DNA of 60,452 bases, from NCBI GenBank assembly GCA_903935195.1, contig CAIZQW010000085.1:1-60452 (forward strand). The letters run 5' to 3'. Position 1 is the stretch's first letter. Every line of letters begins with the position of its first letter. Of this stretch, positions 9,252 through 18,303 are shown one piece after another. This DNA is from an uncultured bacterium (GTDB taxonomy: Bacteria; Verrucomicrobiota; Kiritimatiellia; RFP12; UBA1067). The position numbers and the translations under genes are program-made. The notes beneath the pieces were generated by a model. That model saw only the letters and a list, made by a program, of their open reading frames with translations, made no database searches and was not told the DNA's origin.

Positions 9252-10283
9252 TTAAACCCCAACCTTTCCCCATTCGTCATATACAGCCATGACCGTGGCC
9301 GGGACTCCGCCGGGCCCAAACTCGAGCTGGGCGATGACGCCACCCCTCGGATCGTAAAAATGCTCTGCTACCTTGCGCACCGCCTCACGCCCTTTCTGCG
9401 GATCAGACGACGTCAACACATGCTGACGGTCGATCTCACCCCAGAAGGTAATCTTGCCCTTGACTTGCTCTGCCACGTCGGCCATGTCCATCACGAAGAG
9501 CTGCGCGTTCAGGGCATCAACGCCGACCTCTACTAAGTCGCGGATGACCGCTGTGATATGCCCGTCAGAATGCATAAAGCCGAACTTGCCATGCGCGTGC
9601 GCCAGATCGCAATAATCCCTGTAGAGCGGTTTAAACCATTCGCGCCACACGGGTGGCGGTATCAAGAGTTGGTTCTGCGACCCCCAGTCATCCATGAAGA
9701 ACACTGCGTCCACATCCGTGGTAACCCAGAACTCCAACTCCCGCAGGTAATGGCGGTGGATCACCTCAAGGCAAGCCGTCATACCCTCATCCGGTGTCAT
9801 CACATCGGCCAAGCTGTTCTCCGTGCCACGCAGAAACTGGTAACGCTCCCACGGCCGCGGCAGGCTCTGGGCAAACACAAACTGTTCCGTCCCCCCGCAG
9901 AACCGGTTGACTCTGTCGCGTGCCTCACGCACATCAACAGGGATATTCTCCACCGGCGGACGGATGGTCTTAGGGTCAGGATTGTCGCCTGTCAGGAGCG
10001 GAAACTTAACCTCTCCGTGTACCCCCTCTTGGATATTCGTGAAGACACATCCCCAGTCGTCGGTCGCCTCGCCGATCATGTAGGGGTCGCCTTTCTTCAG
10101 GGGTGACGATTTCCCGGCAACGGGCGCAATAACGATATCTCCGGGATAATCAACACGCAGGGCCGCCAGCTCCTCGGGGTATCTTTTCTCCGCCCACGGC
10201 AGGGTCCAGAGATCCCGCGGAATCCGTTCCGGAGTCCCGAACTCGAGGCAGCGCCTCATATTTTCTCGGGGTGTCAGGCTCAT
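9252..10283 (-). CDS. uroporphyrinogen decarboxylase (URO-D) family protein, function unknown (copy 1)
   Basis: 343-aa ORF with an ATG start and no signal peptide. Motifs are 'RENMRRCLEFGTPERIPRD', 'VDAVFFMDDWGSQ' (a D-x-W-G block like HemE/MtaA) and 'GKFGFMHSDGH' near residue 238. Confidence 0.7.
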   Translation of the reverse strand: MSLTPRENMRRCLEFGTPERIPRDLWTLPWAEKRYPEELAALRVDYPGDIVIAPVAGKSSPLKKGDPYMIGEATDDWGCVFTNIQEGVHGEVKFPLLTGDNPDPKTIRPPVENIPVDVREARDRVNRFCGGTEQFVFAQSLPRPWERYQFLRGTENSLADVMTPDEGMTACLEVIHRHYLRELEFWVTTDVDAVFFMDDWGSQNQLLIPPPVWREWFKPLYRDYCDLAHAHGKFGFMHSDGHITAVIRDLVEVGVDALNAQLFVMDMADVAEQVKGKITFWGEIDRQHVLTSSDPQKGREAVRKVAEHFYDPRGGVIAQLEFGPGGVPATVMAVYDEWGKVGV

Positions 10284-10337
10284 GACTTCACCTCTGCAGT
10301 GTAAATAAAAGTCTTTCCCATAATCCTCTGTTCCTGC

Positions 10338-12473
10338 TCACTTGACCGGTGCGAGGCCAATCGTTTCGCCCGAGTCGGTTACCACTGTGAAACGTTCCCC
10401 TCCCAGAGTCTCTTTCGCCTTACCATTGCGCGTGACGCGAACCTTCTTGCCCGGCCATGGATTCTGTACCATGCAGGGCTTGCCCTTCTCACTGACAATT
10501 TTCACACCCGACACCGCACCACCCTTCAACTCCGCCGAGACAATGAACGCACCGACGGCGCGCAACGTCCCGAAGCGGGCATCCTGATCCTTCGGCCAGC
10601 AGGGAAAGAAACGTAACACACCCTCATGGCTCTGCAGCAGCATCTCATTGATCGCCAGAAAACCACCGCAGCTCTCAACCCCGCCGCCTCCGTAGAACAG
10701 CAGGAGGTTCGGGAAGGAATGCTTGTCGCACTCCTCACGCATTTTCGACAAAATTATTTTAGGGTCATAACTTACTCTGGCGCAGGCGGTATACCACGAC
10801 GAGAAGCCATTATAATCCGCCCAACGGCTCATCTCGTCAATCGTATTGCGGCTAATTTCCAACAGCTTTGGATCACTCTCCAAGCCGATGGTATCGGAGG
10901 GAAAGATGTGCTGTATACCCAACGTGTTGTCCTTCCACCAAGCAAGCCCTTTCTCCGTATAGCGAAACACGGTCTTACCGTTTCGCTCCTGTAGTGGGTA
11001 GGCACTCAACCGATCTTGAATGTCCTGCCATTTGGCTCGCCGTACGTCATCCACACCCAGATCCTTGCTCATGACAATCAGATTTTTAAAGAGGTTTCTG
11101 ACCAGTCCCAACGAGAGAATGGGATTCAGATCCTCGCCTGTACCTTCATGAATTGCGTCGCCATGGATTACATACCGACCCGCTTCCAGCTTGAGGTAGT
11201 CTTCCCAGAATGCCGCCACTTCCAACAGATACGGATACGCTGTTGATTTTAGGAACTCCTTGTCCTGCGTGTACTGATACTGCCAGATAAAATTTAGGGC
11301 CACATATGCGGCATTCGAACGCTGCCCATGATCCTTTTCGCCCTCGGGGAAAATGCCCCTGGGTCCAATGCACACGGGAAAATATACACCTTTCCATCCA
11401 CGTTTCTTGGCCAGCTCTTTGGCACGGGGCAGCGCCTCAAGGATCGCCTGATAAAACGGTAGCGACAAATCAGCGTGGTTACTGGCATAGGTGATATAAT
11501 ACGGTGCCTGAAAATTATAGTTCAGGTGATAGTCGCCCTGCCATTGCGCGAAGAGTGTGACCCAGCACCCCCAGAGACCAGGCGCCACTTTACCAGCCTT
11601 GCTACACGAGCCCATCACGTACAAGGCCGCGTACCAGCGCTTCTCAATTTCCTTGTCAGGGATCTCAATGAACGATTTCGCCCAAAAGCTCTTCCACCAG
11701 TCCCTGTGCTTGCCCGTCATCGGTGAAATGTCTTTTGCTTCCAGCGACAATACCGTCTTCTTTGCCGTTTCAAGAAAATCAGGCGCATCTAGTTTGGAGA
11801 GCACGCACGTCACGAGCGTTACCGCCTCGCCCGCCTTGAGGGTCAGCTTCAGCGTGCCACCGGCGCTGTCAAGAACCGGTGCGCCGCCGATGATACGGCT
11901 CACCACTGCGATGTCCATTCTATTCTCTGGAGCCGCGTCCTGACTCTTGCGCGTATAACACAGGACACCTTCGGGAAGAGTTGTATGGCGGGTTCCCCAA
12001 GGCTCGTTCAAACCATTTTTCTGTGAAAGCACGACCGTCACCGGCTTTGTCCCAGCACACTTCAATTCCGTCACCAGTAAATTGGAGTGGGTGTCGACGA
12101 ACGAGCGCGTCTGCACCGCGACCTCGTCGTTCGTGAAGGAGCCACGCACCTCTGCTAGCGCCAGATCCTGCTCCTGCCGATAACTTGCGCCCTTCAGCTC
12201 CGCGATCGCGAGGGTTAGCCCACCAACCGGCATCGCACGCGAGCCGTCACCGTACCCCCACCAGTCGTTCTTGCCGATAAAGAAGCGCTGTTCCTCCGGT
12301 GCCCCAGCCAACGCAATACCTAGATCGCCATTCCCCAGCAGAGGCCCGTCAGGCATGTAGTAAGTAGGAATGTTCTTCGGCGGCTCAGTAAAGACGGCTG
12401 TGTAATCCATGGCCTGCACCGTAGCGCAGGAAAACAACGCCAGCATCGCATATCTGCACAATCTGTTATACAT
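10338..12473 (-). CDS. distant GH95-like six-hairpin glycosidase, secreted
   Basis: 711-aa ORF with a signal peptide ('MLALFSCATVQA'). 'DGPLLGNGDLGIALAG' echoes the GH95 N-terminal GNGxLG block. 'GLWGCWV...WQGDYHLNYNFQAPYY' echoes the GH95 'NLQGxWN...YHxNINxQMNYW' block. Confidence 0.5.
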   Translation of the reverse strand: MYNRLCRYAMLALFSCATVQAMDYTAVFTEPPKNIPTYYMPDGPLLGNGDLGIALAGAPEEQRFFIGKNDWWGYGDGSRAMPVGGLTLAIAELKGASYRQEQDLALAEVRGSFTNDEVAVQTRSFVDTHSNLLVTELKCAGTKPVTVVLSQKNGLNEPWGTRHTTLPEGVLCYTRKSQDAAPENRMDIAVVSRIIGGAPVLDSAGGTLKLTLKAGEAVTLVTCVLSKLDAPDFLETAKKTVLSLEAKDISPMTGKHRDWWKSFWAKSFIEIPDKEIEKRWYAALYVMGSCSKAGKVAPGLWGCWVTLFAQWQGDYHLNYNFQAPYYITYASNHADLSLPFYQAILEALPRAKELAKKRGWKGVYFPVCIGPRGIFPEGEKDHGQRSNAAYVALNFIWQYQYTQDKEFLKSTAYPYLLEVAAFWEDYLKLEAGRYVIHGDAIHEGTGEDLNPILSLGLVRNLFKNLIVMSKDLGVDDVRRAKWQDIQDRLSAYPLQERNGKTVFRYTEKGLAWWKDNTLGIQHIFPSDTIGLESDPKLLEISRNTIDEMSRWADYNGFSSWYTACARVSYDPKIILSKMREECDKHSFPNLLLFYGGGGVESCGGFLAINEMLLQSHEGVLRFFPCWPKDQDARFGTLRAVGAFIVSAELKGGAVSGVKIVSEKGKPCMVQNPWPGKKVRVTRNGKAKETLGGERFTVVTDSGETIGLAPVK

Positions 12474-12495
12474 CTTTTTTTCTTTCTTTTGCTTT

Positions 12496-14403
12496 TTAAC
12501 GATAGGCTACCAGTGGCAAGGCACGCGAAAGAACGATAGAGTCCGTGAACACTCCGTTCGAAACCACATCGGCAGACACTGGGACGATCTTTACCGCATT
12601 CCCCGTGGCAAACACGGCAGCTCCACCCCAGTCGGCGAGATCACAGGCAGCGCCGTCGCCACCGTCCGTGACGACAAGTCTCATGCGCTTGGCGCCTCTC
12701 AGGTCGACGGACAGTAACTTGGGTTCATCCCCGCAGCGCATCAGTCCTGAAGTGGCTTTCCTCACATTGTCCACCCAAACCTGAAAAATCACGGAACTGA
12801 CCCCAGGGGGGCCCGCCATATCATCTACACCGACCGCCGAGACAAACCGAGTCGCCTCCCCCCCAAGTTCAACCTCAACCACGCTGGCCGCATGCGTTCC
12901 GATCCCATGCTCAAAGATCTGCTTGGCAATGGAAAGGGGTTTCTTGCCACCGATCGACTTTCCCTTGCCCACGGTGCCGTAGCCCAGCTTCACGAGGCTC
13001 AAGTCCTGCGAGTCGAGCCAGACCGCGCCGGCGGGAGCGTCTTTACCTTTCAGCACCGACAGAGGTACTTCAGTCACGATCACCCGTGTTGTCGGCGTCA
13101 GTACCACGCGGTGTATCTTCGGCTGACGCGCCACCTCGATCTTCGCCTCGCACTCGGCGATCTGCTTGTCCAGCTCCGGAATCGGCCCCTGGTTGTTGGG
13201 GTTCAATTGGCAGTTGCGCCAGCGCTTGAAATAAAGGTCGTTCTTCCTGAACACGGCCTGGAGGAGTTCCTGAGACTGACGCAACACAGGACCCGGCGTC
13301 ATAGCCATGTTCCAGCCCTTGGACAGCTCCTCTCGCGTCACAACGCAGACGCTTTCGCCGTCGATCTGCACATCATAGTATTCCGCCTTCAGCCCCGTGA
13401 CTACCAGTTCATAACGGTTCAGCTCGGCGAGAAGCGGGATGTGCGCCAATCCCGGTTCGGCGCGTTCATCAACCGGCATGGGCAACGCACCGTCCAGGCG
13501 TTCAAAGCTGAGCACACCCTTGGCCCATGTGATGTTTGAGACTTTCGCGTTCTGCGCCGTTACACCCACTTTTTCTTGCGGCCGCGTCACGTCCAGCGCG
13601 ACCTGCGAAACCAACGACGGCATGCCCAGCCCCTTGAGGATGGACCACGCCATAATCAATTGACCCGCCGGCCCGGGATGGATAACGTCCCCGCCGCCGA
13701 TGGAAATATGGGGGTTCCCCGCACGCGCCTTGAGCATCAGCGCCATGTAAGGATCGAACTGATCCGCGAAGGTGACTCCCTCTGCTACTGAGACGTTCTT
13801 GAGCGCATCGGCGAACTTCCTGAGCGAAAGATTCCGCGCGTCCTGGTTCGGATCCGGCCGTCGTTCTTCAAGAGGCTGCGGTGTGATCAGGGTGACACGT
13901 GCGCCACTGGCTTTCAGCGTCTTCACAAGCTGAGTTTGGCTGCGTACATAGGCATTGCAGATATCCTGGCGAAAAGGCTGGTAGGAGTGGTCGTTCATGC
14001 CAAAATTTATCGTCACAACCGTGGGTTTCAGCGGCAGCACGTCACGGCCTAGCCCAGCCGCAACAGCCTTTTCAACAAGCGCCTGTTGCACCTCGGGTGT
14101 TGCGGCGAAGAGCACGTTCTCATCCGTCACGTAGCGCTTGCGCAGCCACGAGGTGTCCCCCCCCCATCCCACATTGCGAAAGACCAGCTTATACGTGGGA
14201 TAGCGCGTGAGCCAGTAGGCCTCGAGGTATGTCGTGTACAGGCGCTGTTCGGTAATGCTGTCGCCTAAAAAAACCACTCGGTCGCCGCTACACAGCGTAA
14301 AGTCCAATGCACCGCCAGCCTTAGCCGCAGACGGAATGGTCGCCCACGTCATCATACACGCTGCGATCACAAGTAGTCTCTTCATGTAACAGATCCTCAT
14401 CAT
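12496..14403 (-). CDS. SGNH/GDSL esterase fused to a C-terminal NPCBM carbohydrate-binding module
   Basis: 635-aa ORF. SGNH blocks are 'VVFLGDSITEQ', 'GWGGDT', 'NFGMNDH' and 'DVIHPGPAG'. The C-terminal NPCBM-like block is 'FEHGIGTHAASVVEVELGGEATRFVSAVGVDD...VIFQVWVDN'. An alternative ATG at 14385 gives the signal peptide 'MKRLLVIAAC'. Confidence 0.75.
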   Translation of the reverse strand: MMRICYMKRLLVIAACMMTWATIPSAAKAGGALDFTLCSGDRVVFLGDSITEQRLYTTYLEAYWLTRYPTYKLVFRNVGWGGDTSWLRKRYVTDENVLFAATPEVQQALVEKAVAAGLGRDVLPLKPTVVTINFGMNDHSYQPFRQDICNAYVRSQTQLVKTLKASGARVTLITPQPLEERRPDPNQDARNLSLRKFADALKNVSVAEGVTFADQFDPYMALMLKARAGNPHISIGGGDVIHPGPAGQLIMAWSILKGLGMPSLVSQVALDVTRPQEKVGVTAQNAKVSNITWAKGVLSFERLDGALPMPVDERAEPGLAHIPLLAELNRYELVVTGLKAEYYDVQIDGESVCVVTREELSKGWNMAMTPGPVLRQSQELLQAVFRKNDLYFKRWRNCQLNPNNQGPIPELDKQIAECEAKIEVARQPKIHRVVLTPTTRVIVTEVPLSVLKGKDAPAGAVWLDSQDLSLVKLGYGTVGKGKSIGGKKPLSIAKQIFEHGIGTHAASVVEVELGGEATRFVSAVGVDDMAGPPGVSSVIFQVWVDNVRKATSGLMRCGDEPKLLSVDLRGAKRMRLVVTDGGDGAACDLADWGGAAVFATGNAVKIVPVSADVVSNGVFTDSIVLSRALPLVAYR

Positions 14404-14448
14404 TTAACGGCTGTCGACTTCTTCGCCGATTTTAACACATTCTTTACT

Positions 14449-16791
14449 TTACTTAACAGTAAGCGATGCAGACTCGAGTCCAGTGGCGCTGGCGGACACG
14501 CGGACGGGGCTACCGCTGCCGGGAGTGAGGAGCAGCGCCGAGGCGATGCCCGCTTCGGCGGTGACCGTCTCGGGTGAAGCCATCTCCGCACCAGTGGCCA
14601 CGAACGTGAGCGGCAGGCTGGCATCGGGAACCAAGGTGTTGTTGGAATCGAGAATTTCCGCGTAGACAAAGAACGCATCTTTCGCGTTTTTAGAAACAGG
14701 GACACCCGCGAGCCTCGTAACCAAGCGTATCTTGGCGGGTTTTTCAGGGGTGCGCACGGACTGCACGGTAGCAGACGTTCCATCGATGAAACCTGTGGCT
14801 GTGAGCTCGCCAGGAATGAAGGCGGGAACAACAAAGGTGAAGGGCGGATGCGAAAGGTTTTTGGAAAAAATATTCTGGTCGGGTTTCTGCCGGGCAATAA
14901 CCGCACCGTTCAGACGCAGCTCCACCTCTTCGCAATTGGAGAAAACCCGAACTGCGAGCGTGGACTGCGCTGTCCAATAGGAGGCGATGAAGACCATGGG
15001 CTTGGCCATAAACTCGCCCTGAGCGTTACGTTGGCTTGTGTAGAAGTGATAGACAAATTTGGGTAAACGGAAAAAATCAACAACGCCACTGGTGCAATAA
15101 TGCGGTTTAGCTCCGCTACTGTAATCATTGAACAACCAATTCGCATCGCCAATCATCGAGGTGCAGACGTGGTTTTGATTGTGGCCCTCTTGGAAATTAA
15201 GGGCCTGTTGCAACATGCGCTTTTCGCCGTCCGCACGACGCTGTCGGCTATTGACTTCCTCGCGCTTGAGTTCCTTCACGCCAGTCTGGTTGAAATTGGC
15301 AGCCCTGTCGGCGTAGTACTCCCAGTCTCCATACTCAGCAGTGAAGATTGGCTTATCGCCCTGCTTCCAGTCATCCCAAAATTTCGGGCCTTCCGTATGC
15401 TGCCGGGCAGGGATGAAGACGTCGTGGTATTTGTCGCTATGGCTGACGGACAAAGCGCCAGGGTATTCTTGTCCGACAATCTCGTGAAGCTGTTTCAAAA
15501 ATGCATCTGGCTGCCCCGTCTCGTTCAGGGAGGTCTCCCAGAAGATGCAGGACGGATGATTGCGATCACGGCGAATCATATCACGGGCATTTTGCAGGCT
15601 GCGCTCGGCAAAAATCCCGTCCTTGTAGAACTGCCACCCGGGAATCGGTTCCATCACTACGATGCCGTAATAGTCACAGGCATCGAGAAACGATGGTGAA
15701 TTCGGATAGTGCGAAAGGCGGACCAGATCAAATCCCGCCTGCTTGATCAGGGCTGCATCACGCCATTGGGCGCTGTCTGGTACGGCATACCCAATATAGG
15801 GATACTCCTGATGCCGATTGGTTCCACGCAGATAGATCTTCTGTCCGTTGATGGTGAAGCGTCCTGCGGTACAGGTTACTGACCGGATGCCCACCTTGAT
15901 GCACTGGCTGTCAACGACAGTGCCGTCAACGTTAAGAATCTCCGTCGCCAGCGGGTGTAGATACGGAGCTGTCGGAGACCAGAGTTTCGGAGAGGGAATC
16001 GTCAGCGTGAGCGTGGGGTTGGTGGACTTCCCCGATGCCAGTGTGGCTGGCACAGATTGAGCGGAAACACCAGAGAGCGAACAACGTACTAAAAATTTGG
16101 CTGACGTGCTTCTGTTATTTTTAACATGAACTCGGACGTTAACGGTCGCCTCTTCTGCAGAAACCTTAGGATAAGTGACAAAGATGCCGCCAGACGCAGC
16201 AAGGTTGGCGGCTACCGGATCGGTGATATGAAGTTTGTCGGTAACCCGCAGCTCCACATTCCGATAGAGGCCATGATACCACGAGAAATCCAACTTCCGA
16301 AAAGGCTTGCCAGGTGGAAGATCGGTATTCTCTCGATTGTCGAGTTTGATCAACAACTCATTGGTCGCCCCCTGATTCAACACCTCGGACAAATCGACCT
16401 GGAATGGCAAATACCCCCCCGCATGAGTTGCAATCACTTTACCATTGAGTGAAATATCAGCAGTATGCATGGCACCCTCAATAGCGAGGCAAACTCGTTT
16501 TCCTTTCCATGCCGGATCCGCCGTGATCACCTTTCGATAGAGACACTCGCCCATCCACATCTTGTCGCCCATCAGGAGCGGGGCGAGTTGCGCGGTATGC
16601 GGAAGCGTGGCAGGCTGCCATACCGTGGATACTGTCGCAGTGGCCGTGTTGAGGGCAAACTGCCAGCCCTCATTGAAAGGCTGTGGCGCCAACGTCGGCG
16701 GCTTGGTAGAGACGTCTGTGTACTCCAGAGCTTGAATCGTCGTGCTAAAAAACAACGCCAGCATCACACATTTGAAGATATTTTTTTGCAT
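14449..16791 (-). CDS. glycoside hydrolase family 2 (beta-galactosidase/beta-glucuronidase-like)
   Basis: 780-aa ORF with a signal peptide. GH2 blocks are 'NGKVIATHAGGYLPFQVDLS', 'GTNRHQEYPYIGYA', 'FDLVRLSHYP' and 'IFWETSLNET'. Confidence 0.8.
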   Translation of the reverse strand: MQKNIFKCVMLALFFSTTIQALEYTDVSTKPPTLAPQPFNEGWQFALNTATATVSTVWQPATLPHTAQLAPLLMGDKMWMGECLYRKVITADPAWKGKRVCLAIEGAMHTADISLNGKVIATHAGGYLPFQVDLSEVLNQGATNELLIKLDNRENTDLPPGKPFRKLDFSWYHGLYRNVELRVTDKLHITDPVAANLAASGGIFVTYPKVSAEEATVNVRVHVKNNRSTSAKFLVRCSLSGVSAQSVPATLASGKSTNPTLTLTIPSPKLWSPTAPYLHPLATEILNVDGTVVDSQCIKVGIRSVTCTAGRFTINGQKIYLRGTNRHQEYPYIGYAVPDSAQWRDAALIKQAGFDLVRLSHYPNSPSFLDACDYYGIVVMEPIPGWQFYKDGIFAERSLQNARDMIRRDRNHPSCIFWETSLNETGQPDAFLKQLHEIVGQEYPGALSVSHSDKYHDVFIPARQHTEGPKFWDDWKQGDKPIFTAEYGDWEYYADRAANFNQTGVKELKREEVNSRQRRADGEKRMLQQALNFQEGHNQNHVCTSMIGDANWLFNDYSSGAKPHYCTSGVVDFFRLPKFVYHFYTSQRNAQGEFMAKPMVFIASYWTAQSTLAVRVFSNCEEVELRLNGAVIARQKPDQNIFSKNLSHPPFTFVVPAFIPGELTATGFIDGTSATVQSVRTPEKPAKIRLVTRLAGVPVSKNAKDAFFVYAEILDSNNTLVPDASLPLTFVATGAEMASPETVTAEAGIASALLLTPGSGSPVRVSASATGLESASLTVK

Positions 16792-16823
16792 TTGTTCTCT
16801 CTTCTTTTAGTTTTCGCAACACC

Positions 16824-18272
16824 TTACCATGCGTCTGTCCGGAACGGAGATGCCGGTAATCCTTCATTATTGTACAGGTTGCAGCCGTCTGGATTAACGG
16901 AGTACGCATAACGTACCGCGACGGGTCGAAGAACTTCAGGACTTGAAACTACGATGGTTTTCCCATCTATTACGGCATCCGCCCAGAACCACTTTTTGTT
17001 ATCCCCTGCAATCGCGAATCTCTGCAGTTTACCCTGCGGGTCCTTGACCATGGGGTTATAGCCTTTCTTGGTTGCCACGGTCAAGCCAGAACCGATGTTG
17101 TCAAAAGCAATCCTTATCTTATTGTCTTCAATATTCATGGCCCTGTAAAGCGGGCCGCTATACACGAGATCATTCTTGCCGTAATTTTTCGCGAGCGCCC
17201 AGAGCGCCAGACGTTCGCCCACGTCTCGCTTGTTCTGCGGATGGACATCGCCAGGGTTGCCGACGTTTGCTAATTCGATTGTTACAGCCATGCCGGTATT
17301 CGTGATGGAAAGCGCCTTAAACTGGCCCATACGGGTCTTGGCCCAACCATCACCGCCTTCCGGTTTGTTGTCCGGATTGCTGTAATTGGGAAGCTGGACA
17401 AAGTGGAAAGGGAAATCGCCCTGGCTCCAGGCCTTGCGCCAACCGTTGATGAGAGCGCGCATTTTGTGATAATACCCGTCTTCTTCACTGCCGTTGGTTT
17501 CGCCCTGATAGAAGAGCACACCTTTGATCCCGAAGGTCACCAGAGGATGAATCATGCCATTATACATACAATGCCAGTCGCAGGGCCCAATTGCACACCC
17601 CCCTGAAACATCGAGTCTGGCCTTGTTTTTCGAAAGTTCGGGAATCGCAGCCAACCCGTCGGCGGAGCAGAAAGGCTCGATCGACCTCCCGCTCGCTACG
17701 CTCCTGATCAGACCGATGGGAATACCGGTTTCGCGGTGTATTTTGCGACCGAAATAATAACCAACTGCTGTGAAGTTTCCCGCCGTCTGGAGAGTGCACG
17801 ACACCCAGCTGCCCTTAACCTCAGTCTGCTGAAAGCCGGCATAATTGCTTGGCACATCGAACTGCCGGATCAGCGGGTAGTCAGCCTTCTTGGCATCCGC
17901 TGAGCTGCCGCAGCTTCCTAGGAGCAATTCCATATTGGACTGACCGCTGCAAACCCAGACGTCGCCAACGACCACATCTTTGAGCGTCACCTTGTTCTTG
18001 CCGGCAATACTCAGAGTGGCGGAGTTCGTCGATGCCTTCAGTGCGTCCAGTTTGACGCTCCAGTTGCCGGCCTTGTCGGTGATCGCGGTTTTTTCCTGAC
18101 CAGCGAAAGCGACAATAACTTTCTCGCTCGGGTCAGCCTTGCCGTAGATCGCCACCGGTATCTCTCGCTGGAGAACCATGTGATCCGTAAATAATCCGTG
18201 TAACGTAACATCGGAATACACCGACAACGTCATACCCATTGACATCAGTACCAGCCACATTTTTTTCATCAT
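16824..18272 (-). CDS. sialate O-acetylesterase-like (SASA/DUF303) carbohydrate acetylesterase
   Basis: 482-aa ORF with a signal peptide. Motifs are 'VWVCSGQSNME', 'GVLFYQGETNG' and 'HPQNKRDVGERLA'. Confidence 0.8.
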   Translation of the reverse strand: MMKKMWLVLMSMGMTLSVYSDVTLHGLFTDHMVLQREIPVAIYGKADPSEKVIVAFAGQEKTAITDKAGNWSVKLDALKASTNSATLSIAGKNKVTLKDVVVGDVWVCSGQSNMELLLGSCGSSADAKKADYPLIRQFDVPSNYAGFQQTEVKGSWVSCTLQTAGNFTAVGYYFGRKIHRETGIPIGLIRSVASGRSIEPFCSADGLAAIPELSKNKARLDVSGGCAIGPCDWHCMYNGMIHPLVTFGIKGVLFYQGETNGSEEDGYYHKMRALINGWRKAWSQGDFPFHFVQLPNYSNPDNKPEGGDGWAKTRMGQFKALSITNTGMAVTIELANVGNPGDVHPQNKRDVGERLALWALAKNYGKNDLVYSGPLYRAMNIEDNKIRIAFDNIGSGLTVATKKGYNPMVKDPQGKLQRFAIAGDNKKWFWADAVIDGKTIVVSSPEVLRPVAVRYAYSVNPDGCNLYNNEGLPASPFRTDAW

Positions 18273-18303
18273 GACAATTTTCCTTCCGAAGTGATTTTAG
18301 TAC

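Noticed and set aside
14400-14906. 168-aa same-strand, alternate-frame ORF over the 3' end of the GH2 gene (Pro/Ser/Arg-rich).
   Set aside because: It has low-complexity composition and overlaps the well-supported GH2 frame. There is no RBS or domain evidence.
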